Under the pieces are notes generated by a model. That model saw nothing but the letters and a program-made list of their open reading frames with translations, had not been told where the DNA came from and searched no databases. A stretch of DNA of 55,751 bases, the filler included, from Sphacelaria rigidula (taxonomy: Eukaryota), in the NCBI GenBank assembly GCA_964200075.2. It is 5 parts of 5 records of this genome, joined end to end, with 100 filler letters (N's around TTAATTAATTAA, not from the genome) between each part and the next. Parts side by side here need not be neighbours in the genome. Positions count along the whole stretch, not along the records: positions 22,343 to 33,412 come from CAXNAA020005437.1; positions 33,513 to 44,582 come from CAXNAA020005438.1; 3 more parts are not named here. One strand, 5' to 3'. Position 1 is the stretch's first letter. Every line of letters starts with the position of its first letter. A program made the position numbers and the translations under genes. Positions 22,421-34,263 of this stretch are shown one piece after another.

Positions 22421-23851
22421 AGCCCCTGATTTGATTTGATTTTTTTTTTCTCAAACGAGACACCTGTTTATCAGCCTTTGGGGTGTCATTTGCTCAGCAA
22501 GACGTTTTCGGAACAATGCGTACGAGCCGTGCGTGCTTTGTTGGTGTGTTTCATGAGTAAACTTGGATGGTGTGCAATGGTGTGAGCAGTGGTGAGTGTT
22601 GTTTCCGATTAATTTATCAATGATAGATGGTTCTTTGATGATTCAAGATGATTCGAGCAAGCAAGTGAAAATGATTACGCCAAATAAATTACGCATATCC
22701 TCCGGCTACACCCCCTCAGCCACACTAGTGCGGCCGTTGCAATGGTTGCTGCGGTCACAGACGGGTGAAGAGTTTGTGGTTCGTCGCAACTGCCCCCCTC
22801 CCCCCCCCCGCTCTTTTTCCCCCACTCCATCAACCCGTTTCCCCCCACCGCGTTTTTGACGGTCTCAGTTTTTAGTCTCGCCGCGTTTTTGCGAAAAGTC
22901 CTTGGCTCTGCTTGTTCTGGTGTTAAGGTGCCGAACTCTAGTTATCTGACTCACTTAGGTTTGTAAGAATTCATGATCAGGTTGCATCAAGCAATGGATC
23001 AAGCGGTAAATGTTCGCTTACACAGCGTACTTCAAGCCCAACACAAAACTAAGACTTGCCGAGACTGCGACTGCTGTTCTGTTTTTCGCTGCTTATTGGA
23101 AAGGCGAGCCTACATCTGTGACCACGGGTTCGCGAGATCGGACTAATGTGCGGAAATAATAAAATAATAATAATAATGTGCTTGGGTATGCTCTGCAAGT
23201 GAAGTGACTCTTCTCCCCCGTTCAACCCAATCTAAAACCAAGTAACTTGTGGTTGAGCTTGGTTGCATTGAGTATATAGGATGCAGTATAGAACCGGAAC
23301 CTGCCAGCCCGGACACGGTCCCAACAGTGCTAGCCCCCCCAATCGGCCCCAAATGAAAAAGTGAGTGTGGGTCCAGGAATATTATTTCACCTGCCCTTGC
23401 TGCACTCAATATTGAGTGACTTTCGGGCTCACCGGTCATCGGGGATCCTGCCACGTTTCAGCCCAGATTCTTACTTTTCTGTATTTTCGTTCGATCGAGC
23501 CCGCCACGATCATGTTTGTCAAGAAATACACAGTTTTTATTTTTTTGAACTTCTACCTACTCAGTGCACCAGGGACGAAAAACTGTGTTTCACGGTCAAT
23601 AACACCCTCCTGGGAAACGGGGTAGTTGATCGTTTCGCCCAATAATACCAACTAACACCGGCTTGGACATTGTGTGTCGAAGATGGTCTATTTTGTTGTA
23701 CCAAAACCTACCGACACTAGCAATTTCGAGTTCTATCAAAGAGTAGTACGCGAGGAAAACCACCAAATACTCCTAAATCGTTAGACCACCCACTACTGTA
23801 ACTCAGCGTTGCTCTGTAAAAAGATGAAATGTGTATAATACTTAAAATTAC

Positions 23852-24420
23852 ATAACTCACCCGGCCAGAATGTGCACCGCTGAGGTATGCTGTATAACAA
23901 CTTACTTGGCCAGAATGTGCACCGCTGAGTCATGTAGTATAGCTCACCCTGCCAGAATATGCACCGCTGATTTATACTGTACAACTTATTTGACCAAGAT
24001 ATGCATCGATGAGTTGTAGTTTATAACTCACCCTGCCAGAATATGCACCGCTGAGTTATACTGTAGAGCTCACTTGACCAATTCCTCCACCGATGAGTTG
24101 TAGTTTATAACTCACCCGGCCAAAATGTGCACCGCTGAGTTGTAGTTTAAAAGTCGCCTGGCCAGATTTTTGCATCGCTGAGTGACAGTTGATGACTTAC
24201 CCGGCCAGAATGTGCACCGCTGAGTTACAGTTTATACCTCACCTGGACAGATTTTGCATCGCTGCGTTATAGTTTATAACTCACCCGGCCGGACTGTGCA
24301 CCGCTGAGATATAGTTTATAACGCACCTGACCAGATTTTGCATCGCTGGGGTATGCTGTATAACTCACGTGGCCAGTATTGGCACCGCTGAGTGATGCTG
24401 CTATAACTCACTGGTGAAAT
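23852..24420. repeat. 42-bp minisatellite, 13 full units plus a partial one, with A/B alternation
   Basis: Consensus ATAACTCACCCGGCCAGAATGTGCACCGCTGAGTTATAGTTT; units start at about 23852, 23894, 23939, 23981, 24023, 24065, 24107, 24149, 24192, 24234, 24276, 24318, 24360 and 24403. Confidence 0.9.
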
Positions 24421-24769
24421 ATGCGGAAAAGAGTTAACTCGTGTCAACCTGAGTTGAGTTGTCCGTCGTGTGGAATTGTCATAGGTTTCCCCAAGTGCTG
24501 TCGGGCTATTCGGGACGACCGTCTGTGTGGTTTCCTCAGAAAAGACAGGACTATTACCCGGTTTGAGGGATGGGGCGAACGATGGAGCGAGAGTATGACA
24601 GCAGCAGAAGCTACAAAGCGAACTTTGACTTCCACCTTTGAGGCAGCAACGAGTAACTCCCACAGTACTATAGTGGGGACTTGGTTTGGTCGCGTGATTT
24701 TTGGCGTCTTGACCGCAATCCAGACCGTTATTTTTATACCTCCTTTCCCCCCCCCCTTTTCTGAGGCAG

Positions 24770-27700
24770 GTGAAGGAGGAGCTGTGCTATGGCTCTGCCA
24801 GGTGTCCGAAGGCATTGCGTCGTCTGTGCAGGGCTGCCCAAGATATCAGCGGGGCGAGTCCTATCGCCTATGGTCTTGCCTTCCTCTTCTCAGCAGTGAG
24901 TGGGCACGCATGACGATAGCAGGAAGCATAGCTACTCTGTGAATCTTTGTGGCTCACTGGTTTTTCATGTCCATCAAGTGTACTGGCCCCAAAGCGGCTG
25001 TATCTGAAACACGACCACAATCAAGCATCTGTCATTTGTTGTCGAACCGTGACCACTCTTCAAGCGTGATCGTTTCCCCAGGCATCTTCCGTGAGTGGTC
25101 GGGGATACGAGTATTTTGCTTACCCTTACCTCGCTTATGCTAGCGCTAGCGCTAAGACCCACTTTTATTGCAACGAATCTCGATTTGTACAAATATGAGG
25201 ATTTCAGCCCGCCTACAGGCGATTTTCTGCCGCGGATTGACCCTTCGGACCTCAGTCCGTTGGGCAATGTTTTTCGGCTAGCTGTGAGCAAACCAGATCA
25301 ATTCTCCGATTCGCTGGACGTTGACTTTTGGTTCACCTTTCTTCCCATAACGAATGGGGCACTCCCGCATCTCCCCGATTTTTTTGAACAACTCGGGGGA
25401 GATGCGGGAGTGTCCCGATTCGGCAGAGCGGTGATGTATCGAAAGTCAACGCTCAGAAAATCGGAGAATTGATCTGGTTTGCTCACAGCTAGCCGAAAAA
25501 CATTCCCCAACGGACTGGGGGCCGAAAAATCAATCCACGGGAGAAAATCGCCTGTAGACGGGCTGAAATCCTCATATTTGTAAAAATCGAGATTCGTTGC
25601 CATAGAGGTGGGTCTAATGCTATTGCTAGTATTGATGCTGACGGTAGTGCCAAGACTGATGCTAGTGCTCATGCTTGTGCTCATGCTGAAGCTAACGCCG
25701 ATGCTTGCGGTAATGGTAATGGCGATGGTGATGGTTTTGCTAACGCTGAAACATGCTTCCGCTATTGGTGCTATTGTTGACGCCAGCGCTAACGCAGATG
25801 CTATTTCTAATGGTATTACTATCGAACACTGTTGACAATGCTGGTGTCACTGTGCATATTGTTACTTGGGAAGCTGTGCGTGAGCAAGGAAGAGGAGTTG
25901 AAGGAGTCGTTCAAGGGCAAAGACATGACCTACGAGCAGTACGAGCAGCTCAAGACGTTAAATGAATCTCACGGTCAAGGGCCAAAGGAAGACGACACGG
26001 ACACCAAAGACAGTCCAGACAACGCCAGACGAAGGTGCCTACAGTCCGTGAGAAAAACTGTAGCCCTCACCCTGATCCTTGCCCCATCCTTCGGGAGACT
26101 GTCGCCGTGACGCTCATTTGTGGATGATGACATAATGGTCAGCAGTACATATTCTGAAGGAGAAAATGGAGAACAACGCACGGGGTGTCCAACTTTGACG
26201 TTGTGCATTCTGCGAATTGATGTCGTTGGCGCGTTTTGCTTGTCATATACCACGCGTGTGCTGAGCACACGGGTTGCACCTCTGTAGATTAGCGCCATCG
26301 TATTCACTCTCTTTGTGGCACATCTCGCGACATTGCGTGTGTGGCCAGTTACTCCCGAGGATGTTGCGATAAAGCACAAGCTGAAAGATGCGTTCACGGT
26401 GTGCGTGCGTCTCCTGAAGTCGGTGTCGTTTCGTGCCCGACAATCACGTCTCCACGCCGAACCGAAATGTTTGTACGAATCGTGTCGCGCCATAGGCTAC
26501 GGTGCGAGCACGGGTACGGGTATTTCGAGGTGTCCGTGCTCTTGAGGTGCCCTGAAATTCTTCAGTATTTTGGGCCAAGAACGTGCATGCCATGAGATCT
26601 CACTACGTCCGGCGGTGCATACCCCCTGCTACTGCTACTCTTATGCACTCGGGACCGCGCACGTACCCTGAACGCGCGAGGTATCTTAGACCACATCTAC
26701 GCGCTATGCAGATAAGGTCGTGGGATCAATTAAGAATTGCTCAAAGGCTCAAAAACGTTAAATATTAACATCACCGGTGGTAATTTCGGACGAAGTGAAA
26801 TGAAGTGGGAAAATCCACGATATTGCCCGTGCTTGGAATCAATTTTCTGAGGCGTCTCGAACGTATAGAGCACACGCAGCGTTTGGTCACGCCATCGTCA
26901 ACGAAGCAAATATATCGACCTACGGAGAGAGATATTACCTGCAAGACAGATGAGCATCTGATCGCTACTTGGCTGGGCGTGGTTTGCTTTTTTCGGTTGA
27001 AAGTTATCCAGTGTGAAGGGACTAGCAGTGATTCGCTTGACCTTGGAGAATGTGTCGGGGAATGCTCGTGGCCGTTTGGTGCTACGCTTAGTGAACACAA
27101 GCACGACTGTTTCCTCCCACCAATTTGGCACCATAGTAATTCAAGCAACGCACGATGCACTGATGTGCTGCCGGTCTCCATGGTGAGCTATCGCATGTCT
27201 CCATGGTAGCTTTGTAGCTGTCGAAGTCAGCCAAGAAAATGTGGTGCGATGCTACAGCGCACAGTGTAAAGTGTGATCTGTTCTGATTCGTGACCATGTT
27301 ACAGTTCAATGTCCGCAGGCCGCTGTACATAGCATGGAGGATCACTCCGAGCCGAGCTGACACAATGGTTGGCGACACAAAATCAAAACAGTGGCAGAGT
27401 CTTGACTGTGAGCCCGTAGAAGATGGTCGCGTGCGATCTGGTGCAAAATCGCCCGTCCGGTGTCACATATCTTGTACCCATGAGCTTTGATCTGAGATGT
27501 GCAACCCTACGCACGTTTGCCAAAAATAGACGGGTTCCATGTTGACGGCACCAGCCTTATGCTTTTGTTTTTGCTGTTGGCATTCTTGATGTTTCGTCTG
27601 ATTGTTTTCGCTTTCAGGTCTCATGCGCTGGCTCAAGCCGGGGTTGTGGTCTCCCTCAAAAAGATTGCGGAGGGCGCGAGCCCTGCAACGAGAGAACGAG

Positions 27701-30700
27701 TTGCCTTGTGCTTCCGCCGCCTGGCCACGGAGCCTCTGAACCGGGGACTCATCGTGCAAGAGGGTGGATTGGTGAGCGCAGGCCTGTCTATTAGCTTTCC
27801 CTTGTGTGTCAACGACCGTAGGAGTTTTTCAGGTACTTATTTTGGTTTCGTTTGTTTCTGTCCATTCGCGCGGGCATGAACATGACTCCACCGCCATTCT
27901 GAACACGAACTCGAGAGCCAGGCACGGCCGCCTTTGCAGCGCAATGTCGAGCATCCTCAAGGCCTAGTCAAGTGCCCCCGCCTACCCATACCAAAACGCC
28001 GTGCGTGCCGGTAGGTGGCAGGTGTTGGTGTAGGTGTATGAATGCGATGCTTTCTACGTTCACAGCATACACGTATATCATATCGCGACGTGTCATGTCT
28101 TGTGCACTTGGTTGGTGTTGCATTTTGTGAAGACACCACTGCTGGGAATATGGCACGGTAAGTGCAACGTTGGGCAGACGCTAGACTCCTCTGCTGAAGT
28201 TTCTCGTGTGTTGTATTTTTCTCTGGGTTTCAAGGTAACCCTGGGCTGATTGGTTGTGACAGGGTGAACTGACGATCAACGAAAACATCCGGTGGCGATA
28301 TTATACTACAGGTTTATGTACGGGGACTGTTTTCTCGGTCAACGACGCGTAGTACTGGAACCACCGATCCTCATGTATATATTTATAAGTGCAATATATC
28401 TATGCATTCCCGCGTATGATGTTGTCGTGTTCAGAAGGCTGGTCTATATGTGAATGCTACGGCAACGCCATCGTGTAGATGTATCGCTGACAGTATTCCG
28501 TAGATGTTGCAGTTAGCAACGTGGAACACAGTGGAGATCCCTTCGAAGGGCGGCAGGGATGGTTCAAGCAAGACTTGACCCCCTTAACCCTTTTGGGGCC
28601 GGATTCCCACCAAAGAGGGGTGAGGATCTGATCTGCACGCAGGGTCCGTTCGTGATTTGGCATCATTTTCAGTCGTTTTCAAGTAAAACTAATGTCGATT
28701 CACGATGGGCCGTAACCCCTGGATAGTCCACTACACAATCCGGTGTCAAAAGGGGTAAAACGTTACTAAGCTTTTCTTGAAGTGGAATAGGCACTTCCTA
28801 CCAGAAGAACAGTGGTACAGGGCATTTTCCATTGCCGTAAGGCTGAGCCCCGCCTCAAGGGACCGCCTTACAGGTCCGTCTCGAAGAGGGGGGCATTACT
28901 GCACTACACGTAGCAGTACTGTATGGTGCTGGGTGTAGCGTAAGATCCTGAGACCATCCGGGTGTCAACTTCACGGTGTTTGCCGAACTCGGAAACAAAA
29001 TGGGGGAAGATACTGTGCCTTGTTGGAGGTGTTGAACCCGCTCCCGTCCAATGTGTTAGCGCCGGGACAAGGGTAGTGTTCGAGGCCTTGGAGAAGGCTA
29101 ATGAGGGCTGGTATGTTTGCGGTTCGTCAGTTGACGCTTTTGTAAAGTTTCACTAGGGTATCGTCGCGCTTGCGTACCTTTTTTTTTCATACATGACTGC
29201 ACATATTTCATTCGAGTAGGGACACCGAAAGCACTTCACTCCAATAGATCAGTCCCGTGGCACATACTTACACATGTTGACCTATATACTGTACTCGAAC
29301 GCTTGAGTATGCGCCTCGAGGATTGGATGTATAATCTCTGAAACCAACCACTGTAAGCTTTTGTTCGACCCCGGTTCGGCCAGAATTCGTCGCCAAATGG
29401 TGTATGGATTCGCACATTTCGGTCGCCAAGGAATTTAATTAACCCTTTTGGAACTCTCGAAAAAACAGTACAAACTCCCATACGCGAGCTTTCGTCACCG
29501 GGGAAACGTCACTTCGAATTCGATGAAGGAATGTGTCACATTAATATACTTGACCTCAGAGTGATCCACCGTTTCGGTGGGCTGCATCATCAACACTTGC
29601 AGAAAAACAACCGTATCTTGCCCAAGAAAACGTCAATTGTAAATCGTCATTTTCCATCAACGGTTCCAAAAGGGTCAAGTGTAGGAATACCTTCAACTTT
29701 GTGGGCCACGTCCGATAGACCTGACGGAGCCAAGCCACACTGTCGGCCTTCGGCTTCTCATTTTGTTTCACCCTGTCATCTTCAGGTGTACCGTCACCGT
29801 CGGGACTCATTCATTTCTGTCGAGTCACCTGGGAAAAAAAAGCCTTGTGATCCCTCGGCACACAGCGATTCGCACGCAAAACGCTTGATCGAATTTCCAT
29901 AGTTGGGTCAATCATCTCCCTGCATTGGTATCATGTACCTTGCTGTGTCAAGCATACTGAGCATATTGGAGATACCCCGCCCCCCCCTCCCTACTTATGC
30001 GCTTGATGATTGATCGCAAACCTGGTCTAGTGAAAACACGGCGTGCTCCGTCACGGCTTTGTAGGGATGCGAGGTCAACGGTCTTATGGTTACGGCACGC
30101 AATATCATTAGTACCCACTCTCCCTCTCTTACAAGGAGGTGTGGAACGAGGTACAGGTGGAAATAATGAGGAAACTAAATGAATGTGAGATGAACGAGTT
30201 TGGTACATTACATGGTATCGACAAAAAGAATCACGATAGCAGGAGATGTATGATGGCCACAAGCGGTGAAGCAGGAAGGGGACGAGACGAGTAAAAAAAG
30301 CTTCTCAAAGGAGGCATGAAAAAATCGTAGTGATTGCCCAACTGTTTGGAGGTGTCTACACTAGGAGGAAAAGTGGTGCCCCGTCTCGAAAGGGGTTCGT
30401 GGTCAACGGCCAAACGACTGAGGCAAGCAACAAATGGGTACGCCCCCCACCACCCCCCCTCCCCCTCCCTCCTACAACAGCGCTCGGTCCATTTCATCGC
30501 CGCAGCGCCAAGTCAAGTGGAAATCAGCTTGAATGCACCTCGCTGCAGCGATGATGGAAAATTCATTTCTACGCAATACTAAAGCAATCCTCACGGTACC
30601 CCTATCGCCATGGCGCGTCGTCGACGTTTCTTTTCCGCTCAGATATTTCATCACTACTCTAGTACTACTCGAAGTTACTCTGGAAAACAACTCTATGTAC

Positions 30701-33296
30701 AAGAGCGCACGCAACCTCTAACATAAAGCAGCACCCTTCCCCTTCCTCCATTTTGTGGACATGGCTGCTTTTGCTCTTATTTGTTTTTCGTGTTCGTGTT
30801 TTTGGAACTGAAAGGCTCTCCTAATCAGCATGGCATCACCCCCAAAACCTGCCAAGGACGAGGACAAAAACAAGAGCCAGAATGACCCAGAGAAGGGGAA
30901 GGGCTGCATGGAGCAAGCTAGACATGCCATTGCGAAGACGCTAGTGTCAACCAACCCCAACCTACTGACGGAGGCTCAGACCATGGGGTGCGGTGGTCAG
31001 AATATGAATACAGATGCTCCCCACATAGTACGCAAACTATTCAAGTACATCGCTCAGGCATCTTGACTATAACGTACGGGTGTGTTGCTGTTGCTTCGTG
31101 CACCAAAATCAAGTAGTGAACCGTCCCGCGCTGGGCATACACGGACAGAGGCCGATACTTCCAGAGTCATTGGTTTGAGTCCGATGATACGTTGTAATTT
31201 CGCAAAACCTTCCACTGTGCGCGTAGCAAGACGGTGTTGCCCGTATGTTGCGAAGCATGGAGTCAAGGTGGCAGCTGATGTAGAAGTGGCTCGCCGCTGG
31301 TTTCTAGTGAAAACAAATCGCCAGAGTAGTTCATGCGATATCCAATTATCTTACGCTTCGAAGTATGATTTTGTGCGTTAGCTTTGAACGTGGCGTGCTT
31401 GGCGCCAAGTTGACGCATGCAATCCGACATGCACCCGTCCTCTTCGCTGCTGTACCCTTCAGCCCTCTGCCCATACAGCTGTGGTGTTCAATATCATTGC
31501 ACGCCGTCTTCCATCGAGCTTTGAAAATGATCGATGAGCTGAGGGTGACTAAAGTTATATCGCCTTACCCCGTGCGCTGCTTTGCTCTGTAAATGCTGTT
31601 GATGGTGCCCGCCTTAGGTCATGGAAAGTAGGCCTTGTTCTTTCGACTCTCTGCGCATGGCTTCGGGCTAACGTACCACGAACTTGAAGCTAGGGGACTC
31701 ATTCACCCGAACGTTCTGTTGAAAATATAGCTCTGTGTATTCAACGAGCATTGGATCGACCTTCTCCCAACCCGTGAACTTCGGGTCTTTCAATCTCCAT
31801 CTCTCGTTCCCACGTTTTCGGACGATGGGACCCACAACGAAGACTCTCCTGTGACCGGTGTCCCTGGGAGGGGTGTTTTATACCATTCTACCGAAATACT
31901 AGCTAGTGTAGTGCTCATGCAAGGGTCATCTTTCGTGACATGACAGTTACAGGCACCACGGGGTATTTTCGTTTGATTTTCGTGGATGGAGTGTCCTGAG
32001 AACGTTTTGTGCTAGATCATCCTTTGAGATCGCTGGTGCGCTGTACTGTGTGCTGTGCTTTCACTCTCCTGTTGAATCCACGAATTACGTTGAATCTAGC
32101 GCCGACGTATGACCTCCACCACTGGGACCTCGGTAATGATGAATATACGTCCCGTATATGTATACAGTCAACTTGTGTACTTTTTGTGCTGCATGTTCGT
32201 CAGGTCTGTCCCGCCGCTGATCGCCATGTGTCGGGATCACGAGGCTTCGAACCTTCAGCAGTTCGAAGGCCTCATGGCTCTTACGAACTTGGCCAGCGTG
32301 GACAGCGTTAGGAGTCGCATTGTCAGAGAGAAGGGCATTTCGTGCTTCCAGTACCTTCAGGTTTGCGCGCTGTGTGACATATATCATTGCGTGTGCGATG
32401 CACAGGTGGTCTGTTGCGTTTGGCGTTCCTGATGCGACGTTATCGTAAGGGTAGGATTATTTGGACGCCACGAGAGGATCACTCTTCACGTACGTCCTAG
32501 CCTGTCCACCCCGTCCTGTATGGTTTTTTGGGCCGACACCTGTAACCTCCCGTGTGAAAGTTGTGCTTTGTATGACATCTTGATGGTCCTTCGATGAAAC
32601 GTCACCGTAGATTCGACAAGGACCCGTCTTCAGCAGGCGACCATCATTTTTCACGCCCAGAAACTCTGGTGTAAGGCCGTTCGTTCCTACCTCGACCTCA
32701 CCTGCTAGCGCGGCGTCGTTGTACTGCATTACAGCGAAGCAATCAAGGTTGTGCTTGTAGTGTGGTACTTCGCAGTCGCTTTTATTCGCGGGTTCTAGTG
32801 CAAGCAATTGTGTGCTTGTGCGCAGTTTTATTCATATACTGAGTATCCATATTTGTTTCAATATCGTTTCTCCGAGATCGCGCGCTAAGTGTCAACCCCG
32901 TAATGTTGATCACGTAGTGTTGATCCCGCAGTAAGATCCTCGTTCCATGCTTGCTTGCTTTGCCGTGGGCTCTCTATCTGCGAATTCGTGGTGTGTTTCT
33001 TGGTCTTGTCGGTTGGAGTATCGCCGTGTCTCTTATTGCATCTTGTGATTTTCACTTTTCCCTACCACATTCCATCGCAACGCCGCCGCTCCCTGTAGTT
33101 CTCCGACCACCCCATGGTGCGACGCGCAGCGACAGAGGTGATGTGCAACATGCTGCCGCACGAGAAGATGTTTGAGCACATGAGGAAGCACGACACCCTC
33201 AAGCTGTTTGCGGCCTTTGCCAAGCTCGGAGAAGAAGACCCTCCCACTGCCGCGGCTGCCATCGGCTGTGTCGCTATGGCGGTCAGAGATCCTCAG
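24770..33296 (+). CDS. UNC45: UNC-45 / UCS-domain (ARM-repeat) myosin chaperone, six internal exons, partial at both ends
   Basis: Exons 24770-24895, 25874-26034, 27618-27771, 30815-30987, 32204-32360 and 33099-33296; GT-AG, phases 0,2,0,2,0; 323 codons. UCS hallmarks occur in the correct order: VKEEL, AGVVVSL, NRGLIVQEGG, ARHAIAK..VSTNP, LQQFEGLMALTNLAS, DHPMVRRAATEVMCNM. Confidence 0.9.
25156..25614. mobile_element. Tourist/PIF-Harbinger-like MITE, 459 bp, almost entirely palindromic
   Basis: TAA|GACCCACTTTTATTGCAACGAATCTCGATT ... AATCGAGATTCGTTGCCATAGAGGTGGGTC|TAA. The arms pair for roughly 170 bp, and an inner stem CTCCCGCATCTCCCC/GGGGAGATGCGGGAG closes a short loop. Confidence 0.85.
28588..28754. 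mobile_element. piggyBac-type MITE, 167 bp
   Basis: TTAA|CCCTTTTGGGGCCGGATT ... AATCCGGTGTCAAAAGGG|GTAA. Confidence 0.65.
29443..29674. mobile_element. piggyBac-type MITE, 232 bp
   Basis: TTAA|CCCTTTTGGAAC ... GTTCCAAAAGGG|TCAA (12-bp perfect TIR). Confidence 0.65.
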
Positions 33297-33345
33297 GTAA
33301 GCCCACCGCAAAGCGCTTTCCGAATACGAGCCGAGAGTACCTTTT

Positions 33346-33390
<45 letters not shown>

Positions 33391-33412
33391 CGACGACCCG
33401 CGCGCCGCCCCC

Positions 33413-33512
33413 NNNNNNNNNNNNNNNNNNNNNNNNNNNNNNNNNNNNNNNNNNNNTTAATTAATTAANNNNNNNNNNNNNNNNNNNNNNNNNNNNNNNN
33501 NNNNNNNNNNNN
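33413..33512. other. Artificial contig linker
   Basis: Same 100-bp N/TTAATTAATTAA/N spacer. Confidence 0.97.
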
Positions 33513-34206
33513 CTCCCCAACCTCCCCCCTTCCGTCCCGAAGGGGATGTGTGGTCAATGGTCACATGACTAAGGCAAAAAACAAATGACTACGTCCCCCT
33601 CTCCCCCTGAGAGATTTCATGCCACCCACGAGGTTTTGTGCGATTTTGAAACTCTCCTTCTTTTCGACTTTCTATTTGTAGACGGGCAGGTGGAATTGAT
33701 TTCGACTCATTATCGGGCGTTACTAGCGCATACTTTTGTTTTGGCAAACGGACAGGTGAAAATCGACTTTAAAATATGAAATTATTATTTTCATTCGTGG
33801 CCGACACGTGCCTCTCTTTCGGAAAGCGTATCCAACACCCCTCACTCCCCCGCAGCCCTATACGGCATATTTTTTGGTGATCTGGTGAAGTGTACGGCGC
33901 CAGACACACTGATTTTGCGTTTCTCGAAACATCCCTTCAGCCCCTATCCCTTGTGCCACTGTGGCTAGCTGCGAGAATGTTTTGGCACCCAACCCGTCCG
34001 CGGTAATTACGCCAACAGTTGTCAAACATTTAGTTCCGGCTTTATCTCTGCCGCCGCCCTTCGACGGACTGCTGCTGGTAACTCTCCACTTTTCAACATT
34101 TTTACGTGCTCAGACATCACCGCTGAAAACTACATCACCTTGGTTGACATCGTCCCCGCTGAGCGCTGCGGCGTCTGCCGCGGGCGTTGAATGTATACAC
34201 AGTGCC

Positions 34207-34263
34207 GCCTGCTCACCTGTAACGCCTGCTCACCTGTAACGCCTGCTCACCTGTAACGCCTGC
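34207..34263 (-). repeat. Perfect 17-bp tandem triplication spanning a splice donor
   Basis: (GCCTGCTCACCTGTAAC)x3 + GCCTGC on the plus strand, equal to (CAGGCGTTACAG|GTGAG)x3 on the coding strand. Confidence 0.95.

Noticed and set aside
23852..24420. CRISPR-like array, or a coding 14-aa repeat (YSITQRCTFWPGEL on the minus strand)
   Set aside because: There are no unique spacers, and many units carry an in-frame TAA on that strand, so it is a non-coding minisatellite.
25095..25684. Two similar ORFs on opposite strands (ATNLD.YKYEDFSP.TGDFLP)
   Set aside because: They are the two arms of the palindromic MITE read in mirror frames, not duplicated genes.
32457..32807. Possible LINE ORF2 relic (EVGTNGLTPEFL resembling KAVGPDGLPAELL)
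   Set aside because: The similarity is too short and degenerate to call without a profile search.
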